Notes: generated by a model not told the origin, from the letters alone. Shown: positions 26,777 through 38,591, numbered from the stretch's first letter. The stretch is 64,000 nt of DNA from Octopus sinensis (GCF_006345805.1 NC_042999.1:83638001-83702000), one strand, 5' to 3'. Made by a program: numbers and translations.

Positions 26777-27047
26777 TAATTATCACTAAATGTGACTAAG
26801 ATATTACAAAACACCTACATTGCTTGAAATAACAGCTAAACCACTCTAATGCTGTAGTTAACGCAATTGAATGAAAACATATACACCAACAGAGACCGTA
26901 ATAGTCCGAAAAGTGCCGATGGAGAATTCTTAATACTGACGTCAGTTTCGGCAATGTCTATTGCCTCATCAGTTAAACCTGTTCGATTGTTCAGCTCTTT
27001 TCGGATTCGCTTTGCCATTAGTTTTCGTCATCCAAATTCTTGGATGA
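26777..27047 (-). mobile_element. Left arm of a hammerhead-bearing inverted repeat (Penelope pLTR-like)
   Basis: Aligns by eye to the reverse complement of 28419-28634 (cactaaatgtgacta, aaacacctacat, tactgacgtca, ttgcctcatcagttaa, tcatccaa) and carries about 40 bp of extra sequence. Confidence 0.8.
26929..26977 (-). ncRNA. Minimal type I hammerhead ribozyme motif, intact core
   Basis: Minus strand reads TTTAA-CTGATGA-GGCAAT(AGAC)ATTGCC-GAAA-CTGACGTCAG-TA-TTAAG: 6-bp stem II, palindromic stem III (ACTGACGTCAGT), GUA cleavage triplet, 4-bp stem I (TTAA/TTAA). Confidence 0.85.
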
Positions 27048-27050
27048 TCT

Positions 27051-28199
27051 CGTGTTCCACTCTTGACGCCACTTCTTCCATTTCGGTTTGTGTGCTGTTT
27101 CTTCTCGTTGCTGTTCTACTTAAAAAAAAACTTTCCAAATATCCTTGTTTGTGACTCCTCCTCCTCCTCCTCCTCATCCTCCTCCACCACCTCCTCTATA
27201 ACCTCATTCTCAACCTCCTTTTCTACCTCTTTCTTGATTTCGTTTTCAGCATTCTTTACGACTTCTTCCTCAATATCCTTACCTGCTTCTTTTTTCGTTT
27301 TCTGCCTTTCCGGCGGAGAGCACTTCCTCTTTCTTTTTTTAACCACTTCAAATTCCTTCTCTATTCCTGATGTCTCCTCATCTTTCTGTTCCACATCGTT
27401 CACTCTATCCTGTTCTTCAGACTGTTCCATTTGTTGCTCTTTCTCTTATCTCTGGGGGCACCTCGCATTCATGTAGCTTTCTCGCCACACAAGAAGCATA
27501 TGGGAGGCCTGCCCTCTACCACCACTCTTAATCTCACATCTTCGGGTAATATAATTTCTTCTAGAATCTTATTCATATCACTCACAGTTGTCTGCACTGC
27601 CCTCTCGATTTCGTAACCCCATTAGTTGACTCTTTTCGTTCTTGTTACTCTCAAGATCATCGCCTCCTCCTCCATATTGTACATGGCTGCAGCAACCAGC
27701 CATGTTTCATTCAATTCTGGTGGTATTCTTCCCACCCTTACTCTGACAACTCGCTTGCCACAGTATGTCGGTAGGAGCACCCAGACTTCTGTATTTATGG
27801 TATCAGTGGAGTGCTTTATCACTTCGCCTTCGCTTCCGAATCGCACCTCCACAGTGCGAAATCATCTTCCTCTTGATATAAATGGCGTAACCTTTTTGAC
27901 CTGTTTCAGACACTTCTCTATCACTTCTATGGATGCAATTTCGATTTTCTTTGTCGATACTCTCAGTGCTTTGTAAATCACTGCTCGTTTCTTCACATTT
28001 GATAACTCGAGCGGGGGCTTCAATTTAAGGTTTTGGCCTTCCTTTTCTAAAAGTTTGCCGCGTTCTTTCAGCTTTTTCGGCTCAAATTTAACTTCTTGAA
28101 CCTCCAAAGTTTCTACTTCAATTCCTCAGTTGCAGCCGCATAACTGTGGCTCTTCGCTGGTTCAGTCTCCGTTACACTTCTTTTCGCTGGTTCTCACAT
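27051..28199 (-). pseudogene. Decayed gag/ORF1-like retroelement protein with degenerate CCHC knuckle and Glu/Lys-rich C-terminus
   Basis: ORF-track pieces 27862-28107, 27622-27852 and 27116-27430 join across frameshifts. N-terminal SYAAA; PTYCGKRVVRVRVGRIPP; VVVEGRPP followed by CFLCGEK-[frameshift]-YMNARCP (CX2CX4[H>Y]X4C) at about 27455-27498. No RT follows. Confidence 0.75.
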
Positions 28200-28369
28200 A
28201 AATGGGAAGAAAAAACAGAATTCAACAAAACCTCGTTCGTACAAACAGCAATTTCAGCAACGAACAAACGTGGTACACCCACGAGGGGAGACCGTTAACA
28301 ATTATAACAATATCACGACTTACTTCAACGTAATCGTAAAAAAAGACTGCCACAACCAAAGAATTTCTC

Positions 28370-28445
28370 GCGGAATGATCTAGTGATTCGCGATCTAGTT
28401 TTTCGGAATAATCTAGTGATTCTTGGATGATCTAGTGATTCGCGA
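28370..28445. repeat. Short imperfect tandem repeats, unit approximately GG(A)ATGATCTAGTGATTC
   Basis: ggaatgatctagtgattcgc / gatctagtttttc / ggaataatctagtgattctt / ggatgatctagtgattcgcg. Confidence 0.8.
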
Positions 28446-28634
28446 AGTGAGTGCGGAAGGAGCCGAACAATCGAGCGGGCTTAACTGATGAGGCAACGGA
28501 AATTGCTGAAATTGACGTCAGTATTATCAGCACTTATCGGACGATTCTGGTCCCTGTTAGTGTATGCTTTCATAGTTCTTATTCCTAGCGATGTAGGTGT
28601 TTCGTAACAACATAGTCACATTTAGTGCCAATTA
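28419..28634 (+). mobile_element. Right arm of the hammerhead-bearing inverted repeat
   Basis: Reverse-complement counterpart of 26777-27047. Confidence 0.8.
28481..28527 (+). ncRNA. Minimal type I hammerhead ribozyme motif, slightly decayed
   Basis: TTAA-CTGATGA-GGCAA(CGGAAA)TTGCT-GAAA-TTGACGTCAG-TA-TTAT: core intact, stem II closed by G-U, stem III with one G-U, 3-bp stem I. Confidence 0.75.
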
Positions 28635-29050
28635 AATGTGTGTATGTGTGTGCGCGCGCGTGTGTGTGAGGTTAGTATTTGAAAATAAATTTAAGAATAA
28701 CAATGGAACATTTATTGCTGGTGACGAGTCAATTGTTGGAGTAGATTTATATTTGTTATGAGATTCGATTTGTGTGGAACTTGAAGGTGAGCACACAGTA
28801 AATGCGGCAGTGACTAGGTCAGAGTAGTGAGAGAAAAATATTGATATCTCATGAAATAAATTTAGATTGAAAAGTAATTTGATAAATGTGAGTATTAAGA
28901 AGTGTGCATAACCGATGTGCAACAATGAAATTGCTTCAGTTTTAGCAGCCGAAATTTCTCATTTCTGGAACCAGAAAGTCTTGTTAGGGACTCATGCAAA
29001 CTCTGCTTTAACTAATATATTGTAGTAGTAGTAGTAGTAGTAGTAGTAGT

Positions 29051-29390
29051 AAACATTCAGGTTGAAAGGGTAATAGAAGCTCGGTCTGATTTAGTAGCAG
29101 TAGATAAAGAGAATAGAAAGTTCGAGATAATTGACTTTACAGTCCAAAATGATGAAAAAATCAATATGAGAGGTATAGAAAAAATAGCAAAGTACCAGGA
29201 CCCAGCCATTGAATTGCGGAGATTATGGAAAGTGGTGATAAAATGTAGTTATAGGTGCTTTGGGAACTATCCCTAAATATCTGAACAGATGAACAGATGA
29301 AATAGGCATAAAATCCAGTTTAGTACAGCTCCAGAAAACAGTGTTATTAGGGACAGCTAGAATATTTAGGAAGGTTCTTGGCATCTAAGG
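29051..29390 (+). mobile_element. R4/Dong-type LINE, RLE C-terminal fragment
   Basis: EARSDLVAVDKENRKFEIIDF...EKIAKYQDPAIELRRLWK...VIGALGTIPK...LQKTVLLGTARIFRKVLGI*. Confidence 0.85.
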
Positions 29391-29469
29391 TTACTTGTTA
29401 TAGCCCGATGTTAGGATTTTTTCTTCTTTTCCATCTATTGTGTGTATATAAAAATAAATAATCATAAGC

Positions 29470-30004
29470 GCAGCACAGCCCATCCAAATGAGGGCAGATA
29501 GACTCCTCCAAGCTTGATGAAGCTATGACGAAATCACTCCTTGCCAGTAAGGTTAAAATGGACGCTTCATGCAACATGCAGACTGGAAACAGATTACACC
29601 GCATCGTCCATCATGCGGGTTGCCAAAGGACGCGTCCCTCAGTGAGGAACCAATCCGAGGTCGAAAATTTGAAAATTGAAACAAACTCCAGTGAAAATGA
29701 TCCTGAGGGAAATCAGAACCGAGAAATCAGGCAAACACCAAATAATACAAACTCCGAAAGAACCATTAAAGATAGATGGACGAGAGAGGTGTATAAGGAA
29801 GACACGACAGCATTCTACACAGCACTGAACCAAGCAGTACTTAATAAAACTGAGTTGTGTTTCAATAGCAGGAGAGATATGATAAGGGACGGCACGCGTG
29901 ATTATATCGATGCAAACAAATTAGCCAACGTACGCAGACACATCATGCCTAATAACCGTCTAGACTCAAACAATTGTGTTGACATCAACCGCCTACATTC
30001 TTAG
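29470..30004 (+). mobile_element. Probable 5' region / ORF N-terminus of an R4/Dong-type LINE
   Basis: ORF 29525-30004 contains RWTREVYKEDTTAFYTA and DANKLANVRRHIMPNNRL, which I recall as typical of N-termini in this group; truncated. Confidence 0.55.
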
Positions 30005-30089
30005 GAAGTTTCTCTCCATCTAATATATACGTGCCTTAGGTCTCTGGTTGAGAACCCGGTCAGATGAAATAGTGCAATTCAATCGGAAA

Positions 30090-30170
30090 ATGATGATGAT
30101 GATGACGACGACGATGACGATAACAGCAACGACAACAATAATAATAATAACATTATTATTATCATTATTA

Positions 30171-30252
<82 letters not shown>

Positions 30253-30270
30253 TAATAATAATAATAATGT
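30090..30270. repeat. (TTA)n tract directly abutting a (TAA)n tract
   Basis: Directly visible; self-complementary arrangement. Confidence 0.93.
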
Positions 30271-30506
30271 CTTTACTCTCTTTTACTTGTTTCAGTAATT
30301 TGACTGCGGCCATGCTGGAGCACCGTCTTTAGTCGAGCAAATCTACCCCAGAACTTATTCTTTGTAAGCCTAGTACTTATTCTATCGGTCTCTTTTGCCG
30401 AACCGCTAAGTTACAGGGACGTAAACACACCAGCATCGGTTGTCAAGCAATGCTAGGGGGAGAAACACAGGCACACAAACACACACACAGACACACACAC
30501 ACACAC

Positions 30507-30586
<80 letters not shown>

Positions 30587-30761
30587 CAGACATATATACG
30601 ACAGGCTTGTTTCAGTTTCCGTCTACCAATTCCACTCACAAGGCATTGGTCGGCCCGGGGCTATAGCAGAAGACACTTGCCTAAGATGCCACGGAGTGGG
30701 ACTGAACCCGGAACCATGTGGTTTGTTAGCAAGCTACTTACCACACAGCCATTCCTGCGCC

Positions 30762-30762
<1 letters not shown>
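30268..30762 (-). mobile_element. Full-length SINE family A
   Basis: Same pattern as 21176-21608, with a long central (TA)n. Confidence 0.92.
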
Positions 30763-30816
<54 letters not shown>

Positions 30817-31130
30817 CAAAGGTAATAAACCAGATATTTTTGTGAAAGACCAAAGCAATAAAATCTGTTTATTGGTTGACATGAGCATACCTTGTGATCA
30901 TAATATATCGACAAAAGAATTTGATAAGCGCAGAAAATATAAAGATCTGCTGACAGAAATCGAAAAAAAAATGTGGCATCTCAGGGAGATTATAATACCA
31001 GTGATTGTATGAGCGCTTGGAATGATCAGAAAAGAAACTGAAAATTATTTAAGAATGAACCCTAGTTTACCATCCATGCAGAAAGTGCAAAAGATTGTCT
31101 TAACTGGTACGTCACACGTACTGAAGGCGT
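30817..31130 (+). mobile_element. R4/Dong-type LINE, RLE C-terminal fragment
   Basis: KGNKPDIFVKDQSNKICLLVDMSIPCDHNISTKEFDKRRKYKDL...IPVIV*ALG, with the PD...D-type nuclease signature. Confidence 0.85.
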
Positions 31131-31320
31131 TGTGCTGTCAGAATCGTTAGCATTGTGGGCGAAATGCTTGGCGGTATTTCATGTTTTTACGTTTTGAGTT
31201 CAAATTCCGCCCGGGTCGACTTTCATCCCTCCGGGATCGATAAAATAAGTACCAGCTGAGTACTGGGATCGATGTAATCGACTTACCCCCTACCCCAATT
31301 TGTACCTATGATAGAAAGGA
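31130..31320 (+). mobile_element. SINE family B copy
   Basis: gcgaaatgcttggcggtatttc...gagttcaaattccgcccgggtcgac. Confidence 0.8.
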
Positions 31321-32259
31321 TTACTATTTTTTTTTTTACGAGGAGCACCATATATTCATACGCATATATATGCATGCTCACATATTTACGTACATACAAA
31401 CATACATGCACACATCCAGCTATCCATCCATCCATCCTTCCATACATACATACATACATACATACATACATACATACATACATACATACCCTGTTGTTGA
31501 TGTTGAAATTCCAATGAAGGAACCTTGGATCTAGATTAGAAACCGGGTCTTTCTCTGTTGGCAAGAACTCTTGAATTAAACTGAACAATGACATACATAT
31601 ATTAATATATATTTATATACACATATATCATCAACTATAAATACGTACATACCAACACATATATTCATATACTTGCATGCTTATATGAACACGCACAGAT
31701 ACATATACATGCATATATATATATACATGTGTGTGTGGCATATACACTCACATTCAAACATGCGCACGTGTGTGTATCTGTGCATATGGAAAATGAGAGC
31801 TTGTAGCGTTTATATGCATGTGTGAGAGAATGTACAACTATTTCTGTTTTTTCTTTGGACCGAGAACGTAGGCGAAGTGGGTATAAAAATTTGCTCCTAA
31901 TCGCTATTGTCTCCACAAGTTGACTTACACTACATAAGACTTCGCAAGCAGCTGGTCGAAGCTGCCTCTCGAATGTGAGCTCTGACATAGACAGTTGCCG
32001 TCTTTTTCTCTTTCTCGTTCCTCTCTTTGTCTTCATTTCATACTCTCCTCTAATTACTCTATTGCTATTTCTGTTGTTCTTACTTGTTCATATTTTTCCC
32101 GTAAGACTTTTCGTTACTCTTGATCTCTCTCTCTTTCTCCCTCTCTCTCTCTCTCTCTCTCTTCATCCTCTTTTTTCTCTTTCCCCTTAGTCTCTTTCTC
32201 TCTTTTCAAAATGTTCAATCAAATTTTCACTTGCAAAAAGAAAACTAGTTAAAGTATAA

Positions 32260-32830
32260 TCTATTATATAAAATCCATTCTGTCTGTCTGTGTGTGTGTC
32301 TTCTAGGATCTCGTGCATCCTCCATCCGATTGCACTCAAATTTGATATGTAGATACCTACGGTATCAGGGCGTGTATAAGTCTTGAAAAAATTACAAAAA
32401 TCGATTCCAGGTGAGAATGCGATCCATAAAGCTGTGGGAACGTGCATTTGTACGCGCAAGTACATCAGCTGTTGCGATCGATACTACGCGTACGCGAGAA
32501 AAATGCACGTGCAGTTTGCGCAAAAAAGCCGGCTGGCTTGAAATAATGCCACAAAATGGGACGGTCGGACAAGTTGTTTTGAGAAAATTTGGTTTAAATG
32601 TTTGACAATTCAGCACCGTCCATTGGACGGGGGGCGTTTTGCTCGAGAAATATAAAACAAAATGCAAAAGAATTATTGGTGCACATTTGAACGGTGTATA
32701 TAACAGTGATTTGCAATCAATACCACTCACACACACATACACATTCAAACACACAGATGCATATATTTGAACACACCCGTATTAAAAATAAGAAATATAT
32801 AAAAGAAAAGAAACTAAAACAAAACCAGCC
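32260..32830 (+). mobile_element. Possible non-autonomous Helitron/Helentron 5' end
   Basis: A|TCTATTATATAAAA followed by (CTGT)/(GT) repeats and a CpG-rich interior; 3' hairpin/CTRR end not found. Confidence 0.4.
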
Positions 32831-32899
32831 AACGGCACAACTACATATTTATATTTGGGGGTTTAGAATGTGCGAGAATATAAAGTAACTCTACTCATG

Positions 32900-33135
32900 T
32901 ACTTATTTATTTATTGCCCACAAGGGGCTAAATATAGAGGGGACAAACAAGGACAGACAAAGGGATTAAGTCGATTACATCGACCCCAGTGTGTAACTGG
33001 TACTTAATTTATCGACCCCGAAAGGATGAAAGGCAAAATCGACCTCGGCGGAATTTGAACTCAGAACGTAACGGGAGACGAAATACCGCGAAGCATTTCA
33101 TCCGGCGCGCTAACGATTCTGCCAGCTCGCCTACT
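32900..33135 (-). mobile_element. SINE family B monomer
   Basis: Reverse complement of the 24853 unit, including the head ggcgagctggcagaatcgttagc. Confidence 0.9.
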
Positions 33136-33371
33136 CATGTTCTGTGTGGAATACAAACCTTGCTGAGGTAGTTTTTCTTGTTTAACTCCCAGTCAGACTT
33201 GTCGCAGACAACAACGATCAAATGTGCTTTGTTCGGAGCCATATATTGAGGTATAGTTCACGTTATCTATTCATTTTTGAGATGGATGGATTTGATTCTC
33301 TGAGGTAGATTGTACTGATGTTTATAGTAAGTCAGGATCAGATATTGGCTCCAAGATTTGACATTGGCTAG

Positions 33372-33685
<314 letters not shown>

Positions 33686-33949
33686 TCTACATTGTGTGTT
33701 TGTGTGTGTGTGTGGTGAGGTGAAGGAGTACTTTCAAAATATCCTGATGCAAATATTCTACACACATGCACAGAAAGGCACCCCCTCACGCACGCACACA
33801 CACACACACAAATACACATACATATCTATAAGATATCATTAAGATATCTATAAGATTTCATTACAAGGAACTCACGCAATGATTCAATATATACTGAAGT
33901 TGTTATTTTTTATTGCGAAACCATCTGAGTCAAGAAACGCGAAAACGTA

Positions 33950-34080
33950 CTTTTTAATATACACATAGAGTGGAAGTGTCGGAATGAGAACAATTACACT
34001 TTCTACATACTTAATAAGAAATACAGTCCACTACTATAGGACTATATGGAGATGATGGAATAGCCGCATGCAATAATGAA
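33950..34080 (+). mobile_element. Possible Penelope-like RT fragment
   Basis: TIGLYGDDGIAAC resembles the GLYRDDGL catalytic motif of some PLE RTs. Confidence 0.35.
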
Positions 34081-35371
34081 TATTATTTTTACATTATTCA
34101 CACATTTTCTGTATTTTGTAAAGACAGGAGAAAGATATGTGCACATTTTATACCTCTCTAAAAAGCACTACAAACTGATGTCGAATATGATAGTTTCAGA
34201 TAAGCTGGGAAATTGTCCAGAGAATTTGTTAAGTCGAGGAAATGACAATTTAGTACCGTACCTACACTGATAGATCTATATGTAATGTGTCAAGGACAAG
34301 TTGAATAACGTGTCCTTTTTTGCTTTCGTTTTTCTAATTCAGCATGGCTTGAAATGAGGGAGATGTTGGTAGTGGCTTTTGCGAGTCTAGCGACCACATG
34401 CAGTTTGTTTGTTCTTCGCTGCCTCGAAATTAGTTATTTTCTCAACACTGTCTAATTTGTTTTCATGTTTGTCTAAAATACTTGCCGATGGAAAAAAAAA
34501 CCAGTCCCCCCTTACTATAGGCTAAAGGAAATATTTTTCAATGTAGAAAACTTAATTGGTGTACATGAAAATTTATCTCCGTATAAATCAGTTTAGTTTT
34601 CTCATCAATAGATTTATATATATATATGAATGTGTATTTCAGATGTTTATATTTGTCAAATGACATAAATGTCCAGCTTTGTTCTTGTTAAGTGTATTTA
34701 AGTCTAATCAGAGATATGCGTATTTCCTTTTACGTTATACTATACCCTGGAATTGAAGAATTAGTATTAATATATTTACAGCTGAGAGCATAAAAATGAT
34801 AACTGGAAATAAGCGTAAAGAAAAAAAGGCATTAGCTAATATTATCTTGAGATAAGTTAGAGGAACAACCCTGGATATATTTTGGCCTTATTATGACAAT
34901 CCTAAGCGAAGTATATGGTTCACAATACATACGAAAATAATTCTGCCAGCAATACTACACCTAGTGAAATAAAAGTACAGACATCTGTCTGGCGCGCAGT
35001 GACCGACGACAGAATGTTATAGTTAGTCTACTGCGTTTCTGACAATATAATGCCTACCTTTTAAGGTTTATTATGACATTCTGTAACCCCTTTGAGCGTG
35101 TGCATTTTTCAATTCTAGTACAAGATGCATTGGTTGTTATAGACAAATGGAATTGTTTTTAGAGAATATATGTCACAGAGCCATAATCTTCCTGAAAATC
35201 TTTTACTTAAGTAATTGCTAACAACCGATATAAAATGCATCAAGACAGTACACGGAAATGTACATAGGTAGGGTTAGGAGAGTTTATTAGTCATTAACTT
35301 ATTTTGATTCTTACAGCAAATCCACCTTGAAACTCCCTGCGTATCGGTACATTCAGAGATGAGTTTATACT

Positions 35372-35740
35372 TTTCTACTCTAGGCACAAGGCCCGAAATG
35401 TTAGGAGAGGGGGCCAGTCGATTAGACCGACCACCGTACGCAACTGGTAGTTAATTTATTGACCCCGAAAGGATGAAAGGCAAAGTCGACCTCGGCGGAA
35501 TTTGAACTCAGAATGTAAGGACCGACGAAATACCTATTTCTATTTCTTTACAAGGGGCTAAACACCGAGAAGGCAAACAAGGACAGACAAACGGATTAAG
35601 TCGATTATATCGATCCTAGTGCATAAACGGTACTTATTTAATCGACCCCGAAAGGATGAGAGGCAAAGTTGACCTCGGTGGAATTTGAACTCAGAACGTC
35701 GCCCAACGCGCTAACATTTCTGCCAGCTCGCCGCCTTGAA
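35372..35740 (-). mobile_element. SINE family B tandem dimer
   Basis: Two units, each with gacctcggcggaatttgaactcagaa; the junction is equivalent to that of the 24853 trimer. Confidence 0.88.
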
Positions 35741-36519
35741 ATGAGTTTTATATAAACAACAATGTAGTCTCGTGATGACAGTATAAGCACTGTTGGTCTT
35801 TTATCTAATATTCTAGCATATAATAATGGGCTTTAACTGACATTCACTTAAATTTTGTGTCCGTATCGGGATACAGTTTGCACTGATATAGTAATACCGT
35901 ACACTTGAAAGCTCTCAGAAAACCAGCTGGACTGTTAATGACTATTGTTGTCATGACAATTATGTGGGCCAACTTATGCTGAATACATTGGTATAACTTA
36001 TTTTCAACATAAGTCATTAGTGGCTGAAATGACAGTAATGTTGGGTGAGTTGGAAGTATCTGCGAGGCACGTTCGGTGTGTTTATGAGCTAGATATTTAT
36101 CTTGCAGTAGAAATTTCGTCTATCTCTAAACGGAAATCAGTCGATAGAAATGACAGCTTATACCTAGTCGTTTATAGTTCTAGGTTCAAATCCCCATGTC
36201 ATCAATCGCTTACTACCACTTGTGTGACCATCGTTCAAAGTTAAACTCGCTAAAATGAAATAAAAGGGTTGTTCCTTGAAACATATGTACTCATAAGATG
36301 TTTTGCCTTCTATCTTACTGTACACAATGCCCTAAAATATCATATATGGTAAGGAATATTCGTAGTATTTTTCTTCCTGTCTTTTTACGAGTATGAACTT
36401 ACTAGGAAGAGAAGATTCCCAGTCCCTTCGCTCCCACCCCTTTTAGTCGCTTCTTACGCCACGCAGAGAAAACAATGATTGCATTCTACCGATACCCCCC
36501 AGTCGCAAGTGTTGCGGTT

Positions 36520-37725
36520 GTATGGAGTAGATGGTAGATTGTTGAGAGCTGTTCAGAGTTATTATAGAGAAAATAAGGCATGCGTTTGGGCGAGTGGTGA
36601 AGCGAGGGGTTTGATATGAAGATGAAGATTAAGACAGGGTTGGGTGATGTCTCTGGGGCTGTTTAATTTCTATATGGATGGTGTGGCGAGAGAGGTAAAT
36701 GCTAGAACCTTTGGCAGGCGAACACAAATGGTGGGAGAAATGGCATGTGAGTCGGTTGTTCTTTGCTGATGATACAGCTCTGCTGGTAGATTCAGAAGAG
36801 CAACTGAGGAGACTGGTGGCAGAGTTTGGAAGAGTGTGTGAGAGGAGGAAACTGAAAGTGAATGTAGTTAAGAGTAAGGTGATGAGATGTTCGAGAGATG
36901 GAATGGCTGGTAGCTTGGATGTGAGTATAAATGGTGAGATGTTAAAGGAGGTGAGTGTTTTTAAGAATCTGGGATCACATGTGACGGCGGATGGGATACA
37001 GAGTGAGGGAGGGGAGTAAGATACTTGAAGTTGTGAAAGGTATTCTGAAAGATAAAAGGTTGAGTATGAAAGCAAAAAGAGGTGTGTATGAGGGCGTGAT
37101 TTTGCCGACACTGTTATATGATGCAGAGACGTGAGGGCTGAGAGAGGCGGAAAGGAAGCGACTAGATGTGTTTGAGATGAGATGTCTCAGGGATATGGTT
37201 GGTGTGACACGGATGGACAGGATAAGGAATGGAGAGGTGCGCAGGCGAGCAGGAATGAGAGAAAACTAACAAGCAAAATGAATGGATGAATGTTGAGGTG
37301 GTTTGGCCATATGGAGAGGGTGGATGAGGAGCGGATGGTAAGGAGGGTGATGAAGGCAGAAGTAGTAGGCAGCAGAACCAGAGGCAGACCTTGATTTGTG
37401 TGGATGGATGGAGTGAGGAAAGCTTTGGTGTTAGAGGTGTTGGGGTGAGAGAGGTAAGAGAGTTTATAAATGAGAGGAAAGCTTGGAGAGTGTTTGTGGA
37501 TGGATGAGTGAATTTGATGTTGCTCAGAGGGTTACGGAACCAACATGACGCGGCGGAGGTAAGCCAGCATATGCTGTAGGGTTCCGCTGCTGATACTGGG
37601 GTTGTGTTCTATGCCTTGACCTGAACATAGAACGGGGCCCGCCACTTTGAGCTGCGAAATGAATGGAATGCTTGGTGTGTGTCTTGTTGTGGCTATCCCC
37701 TCCTAAAAATGGAGAATAGGCCTGA
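36520..37725 (-). mobile_element. PLACEHOLDER strand check: see next entry
   Basis: Not a minus-strand feature; the antisense ORF 36629-37111 is only the shadow of the plus-strand RTE copy listed next. Confidence 0.
36520..37725 (+). mobile_element. 5'-truncated RTE-clade LINE (RT C-terminal half plus 3' UTR), decayed
   Basis: RQGWVMSLGLFNFYMDGV, LFFADDTALLVDSEEQLRRLVAEFGRVCERRKLKVNVVKSKVM, FKNLGS, VILPTLLYDAET, LRWFGHMER, RTRGRP. Confidence 0.93.
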
Positions 37726-38384
37726 GTATATATATATATAAATATTTGTAGTCGTTATTGTTTATCGTTCCATCCATAAACATTCCTCTTATATTTTAGA
37801 CAGTATATCTATCTTACATTACACTGTCAATTATAGCATTCATTCTTGAAAGATGGTAACGTGCTGGTTTCAGGGAGATTCTGACTACAATTTCTAGTAG
37901 ACAAAATGAATCGGTAGAAATTTTTACTCTGCTTCTCTCTTTCTCTCTCTGTCTCTCTCTCCTTGTATAATCTGAAATAAGAATATGTAATATTCATGAT
38001 ATTCTAATGGTAGTCGTTCTGTAAATGAAGCTCAAAGCCTCCAACCAGTATTCAGATGGTGCCGAAGAATCCACAAGTGGGGTGCCGAGATATTGAATGA
38101 AGCAAGCTTTATAAGTGTTTACAATGAAAATATCATTATAAACTACAGCTGATTTCTGTGCACCTCAAGTGGTGGAGTTGTCAGGTTTGATATGTTTTCA
38201 TTGTTCAACTAAAAACAATACCCAGTGAGAAATACAATGAACTTTTACAGACGAAACTCTCTTTCTCGTTCACTTACACACTCATACACACACTCTCTCA
38301 TTAACTTTCTCTTTCTATGTATGACTCTGCATCTCCCTCTCGTTCACTCTTTCTCTTTCCGTCTCTCTTTCTCTCTCTCTCTAT

Positions 38385-38415
38385 CTATCTGTCTGTCTGT
38401 CTGTCGGTCAGTTGG

Positions 38416-38490
<75 letters not shown>

Positions 38491-38495
38491 GTCTG

Positions 38496-38591
<96 letters not shown>

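Noticed and set aside
28187-28323. Possible short intron in the leader of the gag-like ORF (GAA|GTAAGT ... CCAG on the minus strand)
   Set aside because: It would fit PLE intron retention, but an in-frame ATG at 28199 makes it unnecessary and there is no transcript evidence.
29467-29520. Possible HDV-like ribozyme remnant at the 5' end of the R4/Dong-type fragment (hairpin plus ATAGACTCCTC)
   Set aside because: The P3 and P1 3' strands cannot be found; at best a truncated relic.
36629-37111. 160-aa minus-strand ORF
   Set aside because: Antisense shadow of the plus-strand RTE RT fragment; the zero-confidence minus-strand entry in the feature list should be disregarded.
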